DNA of 64,000 nucleotides from a bacterium. GTDB taxonomy: Bacteria > Krumholzibacteriota > Krumholzibacteriia > LZORAL124-64-63. Within the stretch, counting starts at the first letter, position 1. Every line of letters begins with the position of its first letter. Shown here piece by piece: positions 59,001 through 64,000 of the stretch. The notes beneath the pieces are model-generated. The model saw only the letters and a list, made by a program, of their open reading frames with translations, ran no database searches and was not told the origin of the DNA. The stretch covers positions 10,264 through 74,263 of the forward strand of contig JANOEP010000027.1 in NCBI GenBank assembly GCA_031441465.1. The letters are read 5' to 3'. The position numbers were made by a program, and so were the translations under genes.

Positions 59001-62000
59001 CGACTGGCAGAACGAGCCCGCAGACCACAACAGCTTCGACACGATCGACCTGACCGCCGTCGTGCTGGACAACACGCCCGACACGTTGCTGCTGGAGATC
59101 CCCTTCACCACCGACTGGGCCGGCGTCCAGCTGCACGTGCTGCTGGAGACCAACGCCGACGCGGGCGGCGCCGCGAGCGACCCCTTCGTCATGCCCGTCA
59201 ACTACGGCCACGCGCTGCGGCCCGACTACGCCCTGACCTCGAAGTATTCCGCCAACGACTACGGCGACTTCCGCAAGGCGTCCGGCGCGGGCTGGCAGTT
59301 CTGGAGCACCGCGACGGCGACCTTCGAAGACTCCCCCGGCACGAACAACATCCAGGACAGCTGGGTCGAGATCACGGCCGACGCGGTCCGCATCGCCATC
59401 CCGTTCGCGGCCCTCGGGGGCGCGCCCGATTCGCTGCGCTGCGAGGTCTACGCCACGCAGGAGGACGGGGGCCAGAAGCGCTCGGCCTTCGACTCGGTCC
59501 CGCCCGACGCCACCCTCGACCTGGACTTCGACTACCTCGACCCGCAGACGGGCGACTGGGAGTCGACGGTGCTGCCGACCACGCTCGCCAACTGGGGCCG
59601 CACCTACCGGATCAAGACCGACTTCCCGACGCCGCCGGCGGTGACCGAAGCCGCCGCCGCGCCCGTCGAACTGACGGCCGGCACGCCCTACGTCCTGACC
59701 GCCCGGGTCCTGGACGCGGGCGACGGCGTCGGCGACGTGCTGGCCGACCTCTCGTCGACGGCGGGCGCCGCGCTGGCGCGGATGCACGACGACGGCGAGA
59801 CGGCCCACGGCGACGCCTTCGCGGGCGACGGCGTCTTCAGCCTGCGCGCGTTGGTGCCCCTGGGCAGCCCCGGCGGCGAGCAACCGCTGGTGGTCCTGGC
59901 CTACGACGCCGCCAACCGCGTCGCCGCGCGCGACACGGCGCTGGTGCAGGTCGCCGCGCAGGTCGAGATCCTCCGCAGCACCACCGACGCCGAGGGCGAC
60001 GACCACGGCCCGAACCAGCCGAGCGAGGCCCTCAAGTACTACACCTACCCGACCAACGCCGTCTTCGTGCCGAACGCCTTCGACCTGCGCTCGCTGAACG
60101 TGTACGAGACCACGGCCGTGGTGGCCGGCCGGCCGGTCGTCATGCTGGCCTTCGAGATCGGCGTCGGCGACTTCCCCAACCCCGCCGATCCCGGCATGGC
60201 CGACTGGAACCCCACCTACGGCGAGATGAACATCCAGAAACTGGACCTGCTGATCGACAGCGCGCCGGGCGGGGCGACCACCGGCCTGCCCAACCGCCGC
60301 CTGGACCTGCAGCCCTGGAACGCCTGGGAGTACGCCGTGATCATGGACGGCTGGTACAAGGCGCTGGTCCCTTCGTTGGGCCTGAACTCGCTGGACGCCT
60401 GGCGCGAGAACGCCCTGCGCAACGACGTCGACATGCAGTTCTCCGGGGACTTCGACCGCAACACGATCACCGCCCTGGTCTCCAAGGCGGCCCTGGGCAA
60501 CCCGACCGCCGACGACGTGCGCAACTGGAACATCGCCGTGCTGATCTCGAGCCACGACTTCGGCGGCGAAGAGGTCCTGGGCGGCGTGCGCTGGGTCAAC
60601 GAGGCGCGCAGCGAGTGGAACTTCGGCGGCGGCCACTACACCGACCGCGACGCCAACGTCATGGATCTGCTGCTCTCTCCGGGCGCCGGCCGCAGCGCCG
60701 GCCTGCCCCAGGAGCAGATCCTGGACTACGACCGGCCCGAAGCGCGCGACCGCCTGGCGCAGGGCCTGGCCGCCTGCGCCCTGGAGATCTCCGCTTTCGA
60801 GGACACCGGCCCGCCGGTGATCCGCATCGTCAAGGACTACGGTGAGGTCGTGCGCCGCACGCCGCTGCGCGACGCGCCGATCGCCTTCACCCTGGAGATC
60901 AGCGACGACTACGCCGTCGACCACGCAACCTTCCGCTACCGGCCCAGCAGCGCCGCCGGCGCCTGGTCGGCGGAATCGCCCATGGGCTACGTGGGCAACG
61001 ACCTCTGGAGCGTCGACATCCCCGCCGCGTGGCTGGACGAGAACCTGGTGCGCTCCCCCGTCGACGGCACGCGCTACCTGGAGTTCCAGGTCGAGGCCGT
61101 CGACGCCAGCGCCGAGCACAAGACCACCGTCTCGCCGGTGACCACCATGCAGATCGAGGAGACGGCCGAGAGCCTGCGACTGACCGCAGCCATGGTTGCG
61201 GGCGAAGTGCGGCTGCGCCAAGTGGAGGGCTCGACGCTGGTCCTGGACGACGCCCTGCGCGGCCGGCTGGTCGAGTACTACCGCGACTGGACAGGCTCGA
61301 CCCTGACGGCCGACAGCCTGGCGATCGTGCTGGAACTCGGTTGGGATCTGCGCCGGGTCCCGGACAGCGTGCGCAGCGCCCCCGCCGCCACGGACGCCCG
61401 TCCACTGGGGGTGACCCGCGAGGTGCGGCTGGACCTCGCCGCGACGTCGAGTCGCCTGGTGCCGCTCGATGACCGCCTCCCGGGTCCACTGTCGCTCACG
61501 CTGCACTACATGCAGTCGGACCTGCCGCCCGGCGCCGACGAGGACCAGGTCGCGGTCTTCGAGTACCACGCCGCGGCGAACCGCTGGGTCCTGGTCGGCG
61601 GCAACGTCAATCCCGACGGCAACGAGGTCACCATCAACACCGACCACGCCGGGACCTACGGCCTGTTCTGGGCCCGCGACCTCGGCTACGACACGGGTGA
61701 GGTCGTCTCCGGCGTCACGATCTCGCCGAACCCGTTCTCCCCCAACGGCGACGGGCTCTACGACCAGACCACGATCAGCTTCTACCTCGACCGCGAGGCT
61801 TCGATCACGCTCGAGGTCTACAACATCGACGGCAAGCTCAAGGCGCGGCTGCAGGAGACCGTCTCCTACACCGGCGACGACGACGCCCAGGGCCGACCTC
61901 GCCGCATCGCCGGCTTGATCTGGGACGGCACCGACGGGAACGGCGACCTCGTCCCTTACGGCGTGTACGTGCTGCGCCTGCTGGCCACCTACCAGGTGGG

Positions 62001-62052
62001 CGGCGGCAACCGCACGATCGGCAGCAACCATCCCGTGGCGGTGATCCGATGA
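56074..62052 (+). CDS. 1992-aa secreted multidomain surface protein (DOMON/CBM9-like, carboxypeptidase-regulatory-like, Big_1, glucodextranase-C-like domains; type B-like T9SS C-terminal domain)
   Basis: Signal peptide; L..G.Y.L...A.GY repeats; AQLYDSAGN...TTNADG.A and AQLVDAYGNP...SGADGRA Ig domains; DAEGDDHGP...YTYPTNAVF...AFDL; terminal SPNPFSPNGDGLYD...WDG...GVY. Confidence 0.85.
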   Translation: MRASQLLRTRAALAALLVLLGAAGAAAEPFHTPTVNGLIAGDGVDWETPDRVLDDFDDDGNQRSGNTRHLWLTWDQNNLYLGLNYQALDRTVVVYLDAGLGTGPTDASLLDQFPRALVLPAGRHIDLLLAQHHTGFTNLGTLQAWRVTDATGALTEITTSTQNAQTYGVDNTFPGASIFWFRNEIAIPWSVVYPDGPPAHAVLRAAVAVTPGADGAGADDLMPGLGRLEGVAGPIRIAQMHASILDQDGDGEVDPLDAGASGTVTLQQDPGNAAITATATLTDWSGAPLGGPIAAVRTAAGAHDYRLGRLAAGTYTLQFSAPGYFPNTIEVTVAAGQELTGANVTLEKATTITGTLALELAGSRGGFVFRAPDGAVLAEQPLLLPNQFPYHFTFYVQESGDYELEAFAANHLRRTFTIPVVAGVDVANLVLQLPRAPLIAGAASFASGPGAAGTVTIGNAAGDTVLATTVIGPGATAFSYYAPRLGALTLRATAGTYAPVVLNVNVVAGQDLNGLALPLHRLPQLAGSIGFADGPGHAGRLILSGGAADPDTLDFPADGGTFAEGSGELAPFFVPAGSYLLTAEADGYVPQTRELAVADAPDQTVDAGVFSLLAVRADRLRLLDDQGLPTVSVSATVSVPADGFYSYAPLRLEAVDAAGRRDLFDLDAKLADLPLTARKLDDVSPPSGAARFLASEDFADVVTTASADSGLIRLWIADDAVEVLRLYVGPDVPDHLKQGPESPTARFMVGFNDPRPAVVVLAAERDTLRTDGQDAVLVSAQLYDSAGNASLLPDIAVTFSVAPSSTGEGAFTVPTVTTNADGFAVAELTATGTGVLQIDASVSIDGAVLEVRTGGPDGPVGRLPVTVIPGVTVSWRIAAAAGTAGIALPATIVAQLVDAYGNPTADAGVPLTFVAAPATLGSFTVPATQSGADGRATAVFQPAGLAGVVTLDAVSSAYPVEPVLLQLRDVAVETDPDWQNEPADHNSFDTIDLTAVVLDNTPDTLLLEIPFTTDWAGVQLHVLLETNADAGGAASDPFVMPVNYGHALRPDYALTSKYSANDYGDFRKASGAGWQFWSTATATFEDSPGTNNIQDSWVEITADAVRIAIPFAALGGAPDSLRCEVYATQEDGGQKRSAFDSVPPDATLDLDFDYLDPQTGDWESTVLPTTLANWGRTYRIKTDFPTPPAVTEAAAAPVELTAGTPYVLTARVLDAGDGVGDVLADLSSTAGAALARMHDDGETAHGDAFAGDGVFSLRALVPLGSPGGEQPLVVLAYDAANRVAARDTALVQVAAQVEILRSTTDAEGDDHGPNQPSEALKYYTYPTNAVFVPNAFDLRSLNVYETTAVVAGRPVVMLAFEIGVGDFPNPADPGMADWNPTYGEMNIQKLDLLIDSAPGGATTGLPNRRLDLQPWNAWEYAVIMDGWYKALVPSLGLNSLDAWRENALRNDVDMQFSGDFDRNTITALVSKAALGNPTADDVRNWNIAVLISSHDFGGEEVLGGVRWVNEARSEWNFGGGHYTDRDANVMDLLLSPGAGRSAGLPQEQILDYDRPEARDRLAQGLAACALEISAFEDTGPPVIRIVKDYGEVVRRTPLRDAPIAFTLEISDDYAVDHATFRYRPSSAAGAWSAESPMGYVGNDLWSVDIPAAWLDENLVRSPVDGTRYLEFQVEAVDASAEHKTTVSPVTTMQIEETAESLRLTAAMVAGEVRLRQVEGSTLVLDDALRGRLVEYYRDWTGSTLTADSLAIVLELGWDLRRVPDSVRSAPAATDARPLGVTREVRLDLAATSSRLVPLDDRLPGPLSLTLHYMQSDLPPGADEDQVAVFEYHAAANRWVLVGGNVNPDGNEVTINTDHAGTYGLFWARDLGYDTGEVVSGVTISPNPFSPNGDGLYDQTTISFYLDREASITLEVYNIDGKLKARLQETVSYTGDDDAQGRPRRIAGLIWDGTDGNGDLVPYGVYVLRLLATYQVGGGNRTIGSNHPVAVIR

Positions 62053-62930
62053 CAAGAACCACGACGAGGCGGGTCCTGCTCGCCCTCCTGCTGGTGCTCG
62101 GCGCCGCCCAGTCGGCCCGGGCCGACTTCCGCCACGCCCGTCTGGGTGCGCGGCCGCGGGCCCTGGGCTCGGCCTTCACGGCGTTGAGCGACGACCCCAA
62201 CGCCGTGTTCTGGAACCCCGCCGGCCTGTCGCGCGACGACCGGCTCTCGCTCACGCTCAGCCGGGCCTGGCAATACTCGGCGGAAGGCCTGGGCACCGAC
62301 GACCTGATCGTGACCTCGCCCGACCTGTGCGGTCTGCGGGTGGGCCTGGGCGTCATCCGCGTAGGCATCGAGGACCTGCTGTACGAGGACACCTACGCCC
62401 TGGCCGGCGCCGTGCGCGCACCGTGGCTGGAGGGGCTCTCGCTCGGGGTGACGGGCAAGGTCTTCCGCCTGGAGGCGCCCGGCTACGAGAGCTACGGCGA
62501 CCCCGCCTACAACGGCGGCGACATGGGCTTCGCCGTGGACCTGGGCTTCCTCTACGACAGCGGCCGGGCCTGGACCCTGGGCGGCGTGGTGCAGAACCTG
62601 AACGAGCCCTACCTGCAGCTGCTGGAGACGACCGTGGACCCCGATCCGGTGTTCAGCACCTTCGCCGTGGGCGGCAGCTACCTCTTCCGCGAGACACTGC
62701 GGGTCAGCGGCGACGTGCGCAGCCGCGAGGGCGGCTTCGGCGACACGACGCTGCACGGCGGCGCCGAGATCTGGTTCTTCGACGCGCTGGCCCTGCGGGC
62801 CGGCCTCGCCGCCGGCCAGGTCACGATGGGCTTCGGCCTGCAGGACGTGCGCTGGCAGCTCGACGTGGCCCTGGAATCCTTCGAACGCGTCGGCAACGTG
62901 TACATGCTCTCTTTCACGGTGAGGGACTGA
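62049..62930 (+). CDS. PorV/PorP-like outer-membrane beta-barrel
   Basis: ATGA overlap with the giant gene; signal peptide; GARPRALGSAFTALSDDPNAVFWNPAGL; GFAVDLGFLY; LALRAG. Confidence 0.82.
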   Translation: MTRTTTRRVLLALLLVLGAAQSARADFRHARLGARPRALGSAFTALSDDPNAVFWNPAGLSRDDRLSLTLSRAWQYSAEGLGTDDLIVTSPDLCGLRVGLGVIRVGIEDLLYEDTYALAGAVRAPWLEGLSLGVTGKVFRLEAPGYESYGDPAYNGGDMGFAVDLGFLYDSGRAWTLGGVVQNLNEPYLQLLETTVDPDPVFSTFAVGGSYLFRETLRVSGDVRSREGGFGDTTLHGGAEIWFFDALALRAGLAAGQVTMGFGLQDVRWQLDVALESFERVGNVYMLSFTVRD

Positions 62931-62931
62931 C

Positions 62932-64000
62932 GTGAAGTCTAGCTGGCGACGCAGTGCGCTCCTGCTGCTGACCGCGGCCCTGACGGCCGGCTCCGCGGCG
63001 ACCGCCGCGGCGGCGACGAAGCTCGAGGGGTACTACTCGATCTGGTCCGCCGCCGACCGCACCGACCGCAACTGGCATTTCGGGATGCCCTCCCACTACG
63101 CGGAGCTGAAGTTCCTCAACAACGCCAGCGAGGGCGTCGAGAGCTTCGTCAAGCTGCGCGTCAACGCCAACAGCGACGACGACCGCACCTCGTTCGTCGA
63201 GTACTACACGCCGCCCTGGATCGCGGCGGAGGGGCACATCAAGTTCCGCAGCAAGGCCACCGAGACGATCCTGTTCTCGCGCCAGAACCACTTCTGGATC
63301 AACGACGAGCCCCTGTTCAACCTCGTCAGCGACGGCAAGCTGAAGAACGACAGCTACGGTCCGCAGTCCCAGGGCGTGCGCTTCGAGCTTTTCAACCACC
63401 GGCTGCCCGGGCTGGGCACGTGGGGCGCCGTCGCCATCTACAGCGACGACGGCGGCACCCACAACTGGGGGCAGGGCGACGTGCGCGACGGCGTCGACTC
63501 CTGGATCGTGCGCGTGCGCAACCGCTCCTGGGGCGACCGCCTGGTGGGCGGCCTGATGTTCCTGCGCAAGGACTGGACCGACACCGGTGCGCCGCTGGCC
63601 ACGTCGCGGCTCGGCCTGATGAACAACCAGGTCTACGAAGCCGACCTGGCCTTCTTCCCCCACGACCTGGTCGCCGACGGTCTGCACCTCGGCCCGCTGG
63701 ACCTGGAACAGTCGCGCTGGACACTCGAATACGCGCTGAGCCGCGTGCCCTACCAGGAGCACATCAGCGGCCACCCCACCGATTTGAACCGCCTCTTCGG
63801 CGCCGAGGTGCGCGACATCCACGTCGGCAACCTCATCCTGCACGGCTGGTACCACGACGCCGGCGAGAACTTCCGCGACTTCCTCTCCGGGCGCTGGGAC
63901 GACGAGCGCAAGTACAACCGGATCACCCAGCACGCCGAGGGCATCTTCTTCGTGCCCCGCAAGGCGATCACCGCCAAGGTCGCCTACGACAAGGAGCGGC
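62932..64000 (+). CDS. exported beta-rich protein, probable outer-membrane barrel (truncated by window edge)
   Basis: Manual translation from GTG 62932: MKSSWRRSALLLLTAALTAGSAATAAA-ATKLEGYYSIWSAADRTDRNWHFGMPSHYAELKF...; open to the window end with GC3-rich codons; missing from the ORF track. Confidence 0.72.
   Translation, partial: MKSSWRRSALLLLTAALTAGSAATAAAATKLEGYYSIWSAADRTDRNWHFGMPSHYAELKFLNNASEGVESFVKLRVNANSDDDRTSFVEYYTPPWIAAEGHIKFRSKATETILFSRQNHFWINDEPLFNLVSDGKLKNDSYGPQSQGVRFELFNHRLPGLGTWGAVAIYSDDGGTHNWGQGDVRDGVDSWIVRVRNRSWGDRLVGGLMFLRKDWTDTGAPLATSRLGLMNNQVYEADLAFFPHDLVADGLHLGPLDLEQSRWTLEYALSRVPYQEHISGHPTDLNRLFGAEVRDIHVGNLILHGWYHDAGENFRDFLSGRWDDERKYNRITQHAEGIFFVPRKAITAKVAYDKER

Overview
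A very GC-rich, gene-dense bacterial chromosome segment with no rRNA, tRNA, CRISPR array, integrase or transposase that I can see. Three features point to an FCB-group lineage such as Krumholzibacteriota, Latescibacterota or Eisenbacteria (inference only): T9SS-style C-terminal domains (PNPFNP / SPNPFSPNGDG), a PorV-like barrel and a C-terminal WGxVKxxY motif. From 1-34.9 kb the genes are mostly housekeeping: GT2, trmH-DUF116-ubiA, add, sahR-ahcY, lpdA, etfBA with a FadF-like Fe-S oxidoreductase, a nucleotide-sugar operon ending in an apparently catalytically degenerate HemC homolog, a PyrR-attenuated pyr operon and dusB. From 34.9 kb to the window end there is a coherent alpha-glucan (starch/glycogen) locus of at least 29 kb. 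It encodes glgC, glgA, two cytoplasmic GH57s, MalEFGK, a signal-peptide-bearing debranching enzyme, a secreted divergent GH57, a secreted multi-CBM protein, a 1992-aa surface scaffold with an adjacent PorV-like barrel, and an unassigned exported beta-rich protein cut by the window edge. No SusC/SusD pair or GH13 is visible, so this looks like a T9SS + ABC alternative to the classical starch utilisation locus and is the best candidate for an undescribed system. Candidate orphan RNA elements lie upstream of add, malK and the secreted GH57. All assignments come from motifs recognised by eye; no searches were run.
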